This document shows, piece after piece, positions 13,376 to 26,417 of a stretch of 64,000 bases of DNA. The stretch's first letter is position 1. Each line of letters starts with the position of its first letter. The position numbers were made by a program, and so were the translations under genes. This stretch comes from Octopus sinensis (taxonomy: Eukaryota): NCBI RefSeq assembly GCF_006345805.1, contig NC_043011.1, forward strand, positions 59,780,464-59,844,463, read 5' to 3'. The notes beneath the pieces were generated by a model, which was given only the letters and a program-made list of their open reading frames with translations, did no database searches and had not been told where the DNA came from.

Positions 13376-13421
<46 letters not shown>

Positions 13422-16400
13422 GTGTGTGTATGTATGTATGTGTGCATGTAATATGCCTGCTTGTTTGTCTATCTATCTATCTATCTATAACTGAAGTACG
13501 CTCGCAAATTAATACTACAAAAACTTAAAGTGGTAATAGGCGGAGTAAATCCTTTGAAATGAGAGAGGGAAATTGTAAAATATTGAGTTTTCTCGAATTT
13601 TTGCTTAATTGGGGGTCAAATTGAAAGAAATTTATATGCCATGACCGAATGGAATGTACTTCGAAAAATCATAGGTAAATTCCAATTGAAGAAATTGTGT
13701 GAGGAGTAAATCGTTATGTATTTATTTGTTTCTGTTTGCTCTGTATTTTTTTTGAGTAGTGGTTTAAGGTACACTTGCAAAGAGAAAGTTGGAGGAAGTG
13801 TGGTAATAGCAGGAGTGAAGCAGTTGAAATGCCCTTCCCAATGCCAACCACTCTGTGAGTGTAGTGGGTGCTTTTTATGTGCCACCAGCACAGGTGCCAG
13901 GGGAGGCTGGCAATGGCCACAATCGGTTGGTGGTTTTTATGTGCCACCGACATGGAAATATACATACATATATATATAACAAAGAAGAGAGAAAGATACA
14001 GATATACATGCATACATACATTTATATATTTATTTATATAAAGGTGTAAACACACACACAGACACACCAAAGTGCTGTTGCTTGTAGTCCTAATTGACAT
14101 ATTTACAACTATACAAATAATATCACAAGCAGTCAATACAAAACATACATACACCCTGGCACCAGATTGACTGTTAATGAGGGATATAGGTTTTAATTTG
14201 TTTTTGTAACGAATCTACATCTTGTTTGTGTTTGAAAATTTTGGGTCATTTGGTTTCCTCAAATGAAATTCCTTTTTAATACAAATCAAATCAATAAATG
14301 CTACTTCCACAAAGTAAAGTCTGTTTGTATCAGATTCTTATTTCTCTTTTACCGTTTTTTTATTTCCTAAAACGTATTCTTTATTACTGAGAAACTTTAG
14401 AAAGGAAACCGAATATTGTTGCTCTGCGTTCTCGTATCTTGTATATTCTCTTTTATTCTCTTTTACTTGTTTCAGTCATTTGACTGTGGCCATGCTGGAG
14501 CACTGCCTTTAGTCAAGCAAATCGACCCCAGAGCTTATTCTTTATAATCCTAGTACTTATTCTATTAGTCGCTTTTGCTGAACTGCTAAGTTACAGGGAC
14601 ATAAACACACCAGCATTGGTTGTCAAGTGATGTTGGGAGGAACAACCACAGACACACAAACATATACACACACATACATATATATATATATACATATACG
14701 ATGGGCTTCTTTCAGTTTCCATCTACCAAATCCACTCACAAGGATTTAGTCGGCCCGAGGCTATAGTAGAAGACACTTGCCCAAGGTGCTAGGCAGTGGG
14801 ACTGAACCTGGGACCATGTGGTTGGTAAGCAAGCTACTTACCACACAGCCACTCCTGTGCCTATTTTTTGTAAAGGCATGGAACTTTGTCCCCCACAGAT
14901 TCCTTCCTTCTCCTCCAAGTTTTAGAACCAGTGATCATAGCTGGTGTTTCTAGCTTTCTTAATTACCTTCTATCCATTGCCATTACATTTCATTTCTGTG
15001 TTGTTATTTCTTATGACCGATAAACGCCCATCCTTGACTTGGAATATTTCTTTGCAGCACAAGTTTAAACATTTCGCAGAGCAAACGTGAATTTGGTTTG
15101 AGGATTGGCAAAGGTTTTAGTTCTTCTCATTTTTGTCCTTTTTATTCCTGCAACTGTCGTTCTTTGGATTAATTCCATTGCAGTCAAAACGGTGTCAACC
15201 CACAATCTGCAACAGGCTACATTTTTCATATCTAACACTTTATTTTGCTAATATTTACTTTGAAAAGATGCAGAAAAGAGCAAAGAAAAAAATGGGGAAA
15301 AGGAGTGGGGGGCAAAGCAGCAGAAGACTGAGGGGGAGGGGCAGTGGGCTCAGTGGTGCACGGCGGTAATGACTGTGATGGCCTGCGACACTCACAGCAT
15401 GTTCTTCTCAGGGTTTTGAGTTGATGTTGTCATTCTTTAAAGTTTGTTCCGATTGATTTTTGGAATCATGGCACTCTGTCGGTTACGACGATGAGGGTTC
15501 CAGTTGATCTGATTGGCGGAACAGCCTGCTCGTGAAATTAACGTGCAAGTGGCTGAATGCTCCACAGACACGTGTACCCTAAACATAGTTCTTGGGGGAG
15601 ATTCAGCATGACACAGAGTGTGACAAGGCTGGCCCTTTGAAATACAGGTACAACAGAAACAGAAAGAAAGAGTGAGAGAAAGTTGTGGTGAACGAGTACA
15701 GCACGGTTTGCCAACAGCCCTTGCCGGACCCTCGTGGAGCTTTAGGTGTTTTCGCTCAATAAACACTCACAATGCCCGGTCTGGGTATTGAAATCAGAAT
15801 CCTACAATTGCAAGTCCACTGCTCTAACCATTGGGCCATTGCACCTCCATGAATTTTGTAATATTACAAGGTTCAATTGTAATGTTACAAAAGTTTGGTG
15901 CCACCCCAACTGTAGCCTGTAGGCCAACCAAAGCCTTGAGAATTGATTTGGTAGTTGGAAACTGGAAAAAAGCCTGTAATGTGTGTGTGTGTGTGTATGT
16001 ATCTATGGGTTAAATAGATTTCCCAAGGGTAGAAGAGGCTTCCCTTATTTCTGGCAAAGTCATGATCAAATCCCTTCAGGTAGATGGCACTGCTTAACCT
16101 GTAGAAAAGGTGTAAGCAGACACTTCATAAGATGTACCTGGTGTAGGCTATAGACACATAAGGGTGCAGCAATATCAGAGGAAGGTTAACGAGAAAAATA
16201 GCTTTTGTGTGTGGAAGATGCACAGGTACAATCAACACCGAAAATGTACAGAAAATAGACTCCATCAACTGCCAGGCAGGTAAGCTAGAGGTAGGAGATA
16301 GCTTCCGTTACCTAGGGGACCAAGTTAGTAACAGAGCTGTGAGAATAAGAATAGACTGGGCAAATTACAGAGAGTTCCTACCCTTGCTGGCAACAAAGGG

Positions 16401-17984
16401 CCTCTCTCCCTCAGTGTGAAAGGCAGATTGAATGATGTGTGTGTGTAAAATAGGGGCTGTGACAGCCGAGGACATGTGTAGGCTTGAAAGAAATTAAGCC
16501 AGTGTGCTTTGCTTGATGTGCAATGTCAGTGTGCATGTTTGACAGAGTGTAAAAATCTTGAGAGAAAAGTTAGTCATTAAAAAGAGGCATCAGATGTGGT
16601 GTGCAAGAGAGACAACTGCACTGGTATGGTCATGTGATGCATATGGATGAGGGCAACTGTGTGAAGAAGTGCCAATCTCTAAATGAAGAAGGAACCTGTG
16701 GTAGAGGTAGACCCAGAATGGCATGGGACGAAGTGGTGAAGCCTGATCTTCGAACTTTGGGCCTCACAGAGGCAATGACTAATGACTGAGACTTTTGGCG
16801 ATATGCTGTGCTTGAGAAGACTGATGAAACCAAGTGAAATCATTATCGTGGCTGATGCTGGTGTCACATTTCTGGCACCTGTGCCAGTGGCACGTAAAAT
16901 GCACCCTTTGAGTGTGGAGCCTCACAGAAACCAGGTGGCATGTGAAAAGATCCTTTTGAGTGTTGGGCCTTATGGAGGCAATGATGAATGACCGAGACCT
17001 TTGGTATTATGTTGTGCTTGAGAAGAAGACCCATCAAACCAAATAAAATCACAGTTGTGACAGATACTGGTGTCACACAAATGGCACATAAAAGTACTCA
17101 TTACACACTCGAAGTGGTTGGTGTTAGGAAGGGCATCCAGCCATAGAAGACCACGCCAAATGAGACTGGAGTCTGGTGCAGCCTTAGAGCTTGCCAGCCC
17201 TGGTTGAACTGTCCAACCCATGCCAGCTTGGACAATGGATGTTAAATGATGATGATGATAAGGGCAGCTCTTCTATAAGAAAGATATTCTGGCATAAAGC
17301 TTGTAGGGAAAACGGTACCTGTCATCTTACCTGGTGATGGATGCATGACATGAATGGTCTCATCTGTGCTCATGCAGAGATGAAAGTCAATCAGAGCAAT
17401 GAGGCTGAGTGTGAGACAGGTGTCACCTGACAAGACGAGGCAATCCTCATGTGTGTATCTGTATATGTGGTTATTACAACCTACACACGTTTCCACTGCA
17501 CAGTCTATGCACAGATGCGACTGGGCATAATTTTCTGTGTAGCTTCATTCAGGGTGTCCACCAGCTGGTCTTGAATCGAAGGGTTCGCCTTGTGACTAGC
17601 TGGTGGACAGACCCTGTATTTATATATGCACCATGCTTACATACCAAAGCAGATAGCGAAGCATGGTGCAGTCTTCTGCCGAGCCAGCTCCTTTCAAACG
17701 GTCTGACCCATTCCAGTATGGAAAGCAAAACATATGTTACATGATGATGATGACAGTGATTGCTGAATTTTCTTGAGAACATTCCTTTCTTAATGGATAT
17801 CCACATAGTGGTCATCCCTCTTATATGTATGTAATACAATTTTTCTGAATCTACAGATTCTAATATGCAAGACCACTGGTTTTAAATTGATATTAAACAA
17901 ATTAATATTCAATTTTTCACCTTTATTATTTTAAATTTATGTATGTATATATGTACATGTATATATATATATAATGTATGTATT

Positions 17985-18033
<49 letters not shown>

Positions 18034-21000
18034 ATATATGTATATATATATATATATATACATATATGTATATATATATATATACATATATATATGTATA
18101 TATGAATATATATATATGTGTGTGTATATATGTGTATATGTATGTGTACATGTATATGTCTATAATGTATATATGCATATGTGTATATGCATATATATAT
18201 ATGTATATATGTATATATGCATATATATATATATTACACACATAGCACTTCATATTCGTTGTGGTGGTGGTGTAAGAAATTGCCATTTCATTTGCACCCC
18301 TCCCCTGACAACCAGTGGGGTCTCTGCCAAGCATTATTAGCCCAGTTCTTCACTCCTTCTCCTGCAAACAGCAGATGATCTGCCACATCATCTCTTCTGT
18401 CAGCCATGACAAAGTACTTATTCCTTATTTCCCCCCCACCCCACCCCGAACTGAGCCAACTTCCTAATTAGGTCTCCCAGTCAGTAAGTTCTATTAATGT
18501 TTCCAATGCTATCAAAAGGTCAAAGTAGGTCACGGGCCTTATCTGTGTTCTCTCTTCTGATGGCACAAAACCAGTCATCGATCACTTTGTAGTCTTACTG
18601 TGCTCCACCAGCAAGTCTTGGTTTCCGGGGGGGGGGGGGGCATTGTTGTTGTTGCTGTTGTTGTTGTTGATGATATATCTAATGTCAACCTACTTTTGCT
18701 TTAATCCATATATTTGTAATTTACATACGATTTGTTTTTCTATTTTTATGTTGTTCGTTAAAATATATTCCTGGCAATTACAACAACTATAGCCCTCTGC
18801 CAAGGTTTGAAGAATTAATAATAATAATAATAATAATAAAATAATAATAATAATTAATTCTTTTTATTGGCCACAAGGGCTGACACACATGATTAGTAAA
18901 CATAAAGGGACATTACAGGACGAAAGGTTACAAAGGGTTTTGTCAGGAACACACTTGACTAGACACAGAAGAAAATTTGAAGGAAGAAGGAAAAAACATA
19001 ATAATAATAATAATAATGATGATGATGATGATGAGGATTTCATTTGTTTGCTATTGGGATGAAGGGGACAATACAAAGACAGACATAAAGTGTGGGAGGT
19101 TTATATATAATGAAATGATAAAAGAAAAAGTTAGGTATATATGGTATACACTGAAAAGGAAGGGACATATACATAGTATGCAAAGGTTTAAAAAAGGTGG
19201 GGACATGATAGAGATGTGGCTCTCTTGGTATGGGAGGACCTCTAGGGATAATCAAGGAACCCCGGTCTATCTGAGATTTCCCTGGACACCAAGAGCGAGT
19301 ACCTTCTCCAATTCCTTCTCTCCAATTTACAGTATAATAATAATCTCTTAATGTAATAATGAGTGTAGTATTTTCATATATATATATATTACGGAGATGT
19401 ACTTGCATAGCAAGTGACTTGATCTGAGATCGTGTGCTGGAATGAAAACAATTGCAGCGTGGAATGTGTTTATAAGCCATTTGAGAAACACACAAAACTG
19501 TTAGATTCACTTCAACATTTAAATTTAATTTGTCAAAATATTTTCGTCACTTTGAGACGATACAGCACGAAGTTTTGTCAGTGAACAGGTCGCGGTCTCA
19601 AAGCGACGAAAATATTTTGACAAATTAAATATAAATGTTGAAGTGAATCTAACGGCTTTTGTGTGTTTCTTAAATGACTTATAAACACCTTCCACGCTGC
19701 AATTGTTATATATATATATATATAAGAGGAATGACCTCTAAGTGGATTCCTAATATGCTAAAGGTAGACCCCATATGGTCTGACCACCAAGAATAATTGT
19801 TCTCAAGAAAATTTGGCAAATGCCAGAATGTAAAGCGAAAAAGACAAATGAAAAGATAAATGATGTTTTGTATCTCTTCATTTGTCTTGCTTGCTTTACG
19901 TTCTGGCATTTGCCAAATTTTTTTGAGAACAATTTTTTCTTAGTGGTCAGACCATATGGGGTTTACCTTTAGCATATTAGAAGTCCACCTAGTGGTCATT
20001 TTTCTTATATGTATGTAATATAGTTTTCTGAATCTTCAGATTTTTTCAATATGCTGGGCCACTGGTTTAAATCGATATTAATTTAATTAATATCAATTTT
20101 TACCCTTATTATTTAAATGTCCAACCCATGCCAGCATGGAAAACAGACGTTAAACAATGATGATGACGATGATGATGACATCTTTAAAATCTCAAAGCTA
20201 TGAGATAATGCTTGAGGAATTGGAACCAAAGTGGATAAATAAGAATTTTATTTGACAGGATAATCTGAATGCTAAAGAGTTGAACTCTCTCTCTCTCACT
20301 CTGTCTCTCTCTCTCTCACTCTCTCTCTCTCTCTGTCTGCCTCTCTCTCTCTCTCTCTTTATCGCCTCTGTAATCACTTACCGCCTAACCGTAGTGCCTT
20401 GCCCCGATTCGTGGCTGAACAAACTGGAACGCATGCTCTTTCGCTTTTTGTGGAGGGGCAGCAGACCTCTTGTAAGGCGCTCTATTTGCTGCCAAAAGCC
20501 GCTGAACGGTGGGTTAGGGATGCCGTGGCTAAAAATGCGCAGACATGCGCTCAGGCTTAGGCACCTCTGGATTTACCTGGACGGTGAGCAGGTGTGGTCT
20601 CCGTTTGTCAAGCTGTTATTTCCACAGTTCACATCGTTTAACGAACTGAACCCATGGATCAAGTGTAGACCGAGGTTGGGCATGTGGCATGCAGAGTGCT
20701 ATCAGGCACTCGTGCTTCTCTCCCAGTCGGGCAACGCCGGTGGCGGGGCTACTACCGCGTTCTTCTATAGAGGGTAGTAGAGTTTAAGTGTGACGACGTC
20801 CTAGGAGAAACTCTGGGCTTCGACGAAAATCAACTGGCCAGCCTGTTCCAAAGAACATTCGGTCCGGGGCCTATGGATAATTACCAAAAGTCCCTGGCCT
20901 GGCAATGTTACAGAGGAGCTTTAACCGGTTCGAGATAAGCTCTTTAGACATGGGTGTGCACCTTCGCCGGTTTGTGCAAGATGTAAGAGGGACAGTGAAA

Positions 21001-24000
21001 CTGTCCTGCACGCGATTGTGCAATGCCCCAAGGTGACTGAACTCTGGACTTATGTCGAACACCTGCTGTCGCATTCGAGAAGAGTACAACTGTCAAGCAA
21101 ATCTGTAATTAAGATAGTTCCGCCGACCTTCCTGAATAGGGAGGAGCGAGCCTGTTTTCTTTTGGTAGTTGCTATGGCGAAAGAAGTAGTGTGGAAGACG
21201 AGAGTAAAAGGAATTGCAACAGGCATGTTTATCTCCAGTCTCGAGCTAATCGACTTTTTCGTTTTCCACATGAAACGGAAAATAAGGCTGGAGAAGAAAT
21301 GCCTGTCGCAAAGTGTGTTTCATAAAAGATGGAAGTCTATAGCAAGTATGTTGCGAGTGAAAGAACCTATTTAATCGAGAATGTAAAAAAGGATAAAGCA
21401 AAGTCTTCAGTGTGAGTATGTGGTTTGTGGGGTCGACCGCGTCCTCCGCTTCATTTTTTGTTAATCACTCATTTCATTTAATTGTATATATATTAATTGT
21501 TTGTTTATTCATGTTTCGTCTCATTCGATACCCTGACCCCAACGTTTGTTTTGTCCCCTCTTTTTCTCAACCTTATGGTGAATAAAGAAATACTCTCTCT
21601 CTCTCTCCAGTCACTAACATTCTCCCTTTGTTTCCCTCTCTCTATAGGTTTACCGACATGGCGATCGTTCCCCTATAGATTCATTTCCCACAGATATGCA
21701 CAAAGAAGGCAGTTGGCCCCAAGGATTTGGATGGCTATCTAACGTAAGTAAATCCAAACCATCTATTTTGTATATGTATGTGTGTGTGTGTGTGTGTGTG
21801 TAGACATATTTGAACAAAGATTTTCTTAAATCAAAAATTATTAATTATATGATAAAACCTTTAAAAAAAACCCAGAATGACACAGACCTTATGCAAGGTT
21901 TTCTTGTTATGTTAAGCACTTTCCGCTGTCATGAGCTTTTCAAACACACATCATGTACTGAATTGCTTTTACAAGCAGTAATGACTATTTCCAGTTTACA
22001 TTGGGTGGGTGGGTGTGTGTATTTGACCTGGAAGTGAGTACAAGAGTGACAGATAGTAGATATTTGTCTATTTTTGCAGCCGGTGAATATCACGTATTCA
22101 TGTCATTATCAGAACAAGATTGAATTAACCAATCTGAAGTACACAGAGACAAAAAAACAATTAACTGGTTTGCAATGACACCGTTAAGGCTGAATAAAAT
22201 TCAGTGTATGCAATAGAACCGACTCTTGAGTAAATTCTTTATTTAAAGGACATACTTAATGTGTGTGCATCATTAAAACGCCTGAAGCTTCAGTTTTTGT
22301 CTGAGAAAGAAAAAAATCTCTCTGTGGACCCATGGATCAGGCACAAGTTTGTTGGAGAAGAGTTTTCTGTAACCAGCCACCCTTTTTTGTTGCCACCCCA
22401 CCCCTTACCTATTTGGTAATTATGTTTTCTTTTATTCTCTTTTGTTTGTACTTCATTTATTTTGTTATTTATTTTTCAGATTGGAAAGCTGCAGCAATAT
22501 CATCTTGGAAAATTCTTAAGGCAGAGATACAACGGATTTTTAAATGAAACATACATTCATGATGAGGTGAATTCATTGGAATTAATATTGAATTAAACAG
22601 TTAATCAAGGAATTGGTGTGTGTGTGTGTGTGTGTGTTTTGCTTCGTAGTCACAAAGCTAAGTGGTTAAGGCCTTCCCTTCCCAGCATTTCAGGGTTTCA
22701 TCTCACTGGACAGCAATTGAGGTCAATTGTCTTCCTTGTTCGTGAGATTTGGGTAAACTCTAAGGGGCTTATTGTGTATCATGATGATCGTCATCATCAT
22801 TTGATGTCCATTTTCCATGCTGGTATGGGTTGGATGGTTTGGCAGGAGCTGATCGGCCGGAGAGCTGCACCCAAACTCCAGTTGTCTTTTTTTGGCAAAG
22901 CTTCTACAGTTTGATGCTTTTACTAACACCAACTGTTTCACTGAGTGTACTGAGCACATGACCCCAGCATGGGTGCCTTTTACACATCATTGGTACAGGA
23001 GCTTTTCATGTGGCACCAGCACAAATGCTTTTCATGTGGGGCTTTTTATATGGCACCAGCATGTTTACACTATGTGCTACATGAACTTGTATATTAGAAA
23101 ATAATTTCACCCCAATTTTGCAGTGGGTGGGATTATTTTTCAGATATAATTTTGGTCAAAAAAAAGGGCATCTTATGTGCCATAAAACACGGTGGACTTT
23201 TAACCACATGGCCATACATATATCCCACTTGATGTAACCATGCATATTTGGGTATGTACAATAGTAGCATCACCATCATCATCACCATCATTTTCATTGT
23301 AGATGTGCGAGTAGTCATGAGTCGATTGTTCATTCTTAGCAGAGCCAGTAACCATTTCATGGTAAACACATCATAACCAGAGGGTTTTTTTTTATTCATT
23401 TTCTAATTTTATTTATTCATTTAGAATTAATTATTCTCTTCTTAAGAAAGCTAATTATAGTCTCTGTCTTACTCTTTTACTTGTTTCAGTCATTTGACTG
23501 TGGCCATGCTGGAGCACCGCCTTTGGTCGAGCAAATTGACCCCATGACTTATTCTTTGTAAGCCTAGTACTTATTCTGTCGGTCTCTTTTGCCGAACTGC
23601 TAAGTTACGGGGACATAAACACACCAGCATCGGACACACACACATACATATATATGTATATGTATATTTGGTCGGCTGGAGGCTATAGTAGAAGACACTT
23701 GCCCAAGTTGCCACGCAATGGGAGTGAACCCAAAACCATGTGGTTCGTAAGCAAGCTACTTACCACGCAGCTACTCCTACACCTATATTTATATTTTGTT
23801 GACGTCTAAATATACAACCTCAACAGGGCTCCTTCGTTGTGTCAAGTATGTTGTATGTGTTGTTGTTCCTGGTTCCGTTGCTGTTCTCTATCTTTCACAT
23901 TCTCTGTGTTCTCGCTTAGGTCTAATATATCCGATACGTTTTTGTTTTCCATACGTGTTCTGCTGTCCTTGTGATTTACTTATTCTCTTTGTCATCTGTT

Positions 24001-26360
24001 CCATTTATTCAATGTGTTCTGCTTGTTATGTGTTCTATGTTTAGCTTTCTACATAGTATGTGTTCTATAGTTTATTTATGCTATGTCTTATGCATTCTAG
24101 TTTTCTATGTGTTCTGCTTATGCATTCTAGGTGTTCAACATATTTTACATGCAAATGTGTTCTGTATTCTATCTGGTTTATCTCTACCCTTTATTATGTG
24201 TTCTGCTTGTTATGTATCCTGTGCATTCTATGTGTTCTATATGCAATGTTTTCTGTTGTGTGTTATCATCATCATCATCATTTAATATCTGCTTTCCATG
24301 CTGGCATGGGTTGGACTCTTTGACTGGAGCTGGAAAGCCAGGAGGCTGCACCAAGCTGCAATCTGATTTGGCAAGGTTTCTGCAGCTTGATGCCCTTCCT
24401 AACACCAATTATATTTATACAATTATGTTATATGGATTTAAAAGCACCATCCATTTCGTGGCCGTTTGCCAGCTCTGTCTGGCCCCCGTGTTGGTGGCAC
24501 GTAAAAGCACCATCCGTTCGTGCCCGTTGCCAGCCTCGCCTGGCCCCGTGCCGGTGACACGTAAAAGCACCATCCGTTCGTGGCCGTTTGCCAGCTCTGT
24601 CTGGCACCTGTGCGGGTGGTACGTAAAAAGCACCCACTACACTCACGGAGTGGTTGGCGTTAGGAAGGGCATCCAGCCGTAGAAACACTGCCAGATCAGA
24701 CTGGTCCTGATGAAGCCTTCTGGCTTCACAGACCCCAGTTGAACCGTCCAACCCATGCTAGCATGGAGAACGGACGCTAAATGATGATGATGATGATGAT
24801 GAATGCATATCAACTCACACAACACCAGAAATGGCTAGGCACAATAACATAGAGCTCACATTGAAATAAAGAACATTGAAGACATCAAGTGTTGGTAGGA
24901 TACCAAAGATATAAATGTACCAAATCCAATTAAAACTATAGATTTGATGCAGGGATGGGTCTTTGGTGTGCTCATCATCATCATCATCGTTTAATACCCA
25001 CTTTCCATGCTGGCATGGGTTGGATGGTTTAACTGAGGACTGGCAAGCCAGAAGGCTGCACCAGGCTCCAATCTGATTTGGCAAGGTTTCTACAGCTGGA
25101 AGCTCTTCCTAACGCCAACCACTCCAAGAGTGTAGTAGGTGCTTTTTACATGCCACCAGCATAAGGGCCAGTCAGGCAGCACTGGTAATGACCACACTAG
25201 AATAGTGCTTTTTACATGCCACTGGCACAGGTACCAATAGGCGGCACTGGATTCAACCCTGCTCAAATGTTCCTTTTTACATACCACTGGCATCAGTACC
25301 AATCAGGTGGCATTGCATATTCTGTGTTTTTGTGTTCCATGTGTCCACATATTCAACATGCTACATGTGTTTACATGTTACACGCTATGTGTTCTGTGTG
25401 CTATGTCCTACATGTCATGTCTACTACAAATTATGCGTTCTATGCCCTCGGCCTCTTCTCTGTGTTACACATTCTGTGTTCTGTCTGTGTTCTGTGTAAC
25501 ACCCATTCTCTCTGTTGCGAGTTCTCTCTGCATTCCACGTGTTATAATGTGTATTCTTGTTCTTATCAACAACATAATTCTTAAAATAGTCTTCACTCAT
25601 CTTAGCCATTTAGCAATCATATGCTGTTTAGCAGTCATATGATATTTAGCAATCATACAACACATGTATCATATGACTTCTCTTCAAACAATCAGTCAAA
25701 TGACCTCAATTTGTTTATTATTTTAAACATTTCCTTACAACACACTCACTTAAGACCACTTTTACTTCTTACATAAAAAAAAACATCTCTTTCTTGAAAT
25801 ATTTTTAAAATGTTCATATTTAACCCTTTTGATACAAAAACCATCTGGGTATGGTCTTGGTTCTAGGATGGTTCTATGATATGAACTTTATATTTTGTTG
25901 TGATCTAAATTAAAATCTTCCATTAAAATTGCGTGTTAATTTATGTTCCAGCTAAATAAAGATGATTATTTTAATCAAGTTTTTCATTATTTTCAAAATT
26001 AACGGAAACAAAAATAATGCATTTCAGCAAAAATCTGGTAACGAAAGGTTTAAATTAAAAACTTCCGTTATTGCAAAAAACCTTTTTTTTTTACTGTTGT
26101 TTTCCAAATACCTGCCTGATTATGAACAAATTAATTGACTTACTAAATTCTGCCAAATTGATGAGTATTTTAGCTTCAAAATTAATTGAGTCATACTAAT
26201 TGGCACAGGCATGATTGTATGGCTTAGAAGCTTGCTTCTCAACCATGTGGTCTTGAGTTCAGTCCCACTCCATGGCACTTGAGGCAAACATCTACTATAA
26301 CCCCAGGTTGATCATAGACTTGAGAGGAGATTTAGCAGATGGAAACTGAAAGAAGCCTGT

Positions 26361-26417
<57 letters not shown>

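Noticed and set aside
24703-24735. CTGATGA followed by a hairpin in the RTE tail (also ~35496)
   Set aside because: No GAAA or NUH. Other copies read CTGGTGCAGCC, so it is only a hairpin variant.
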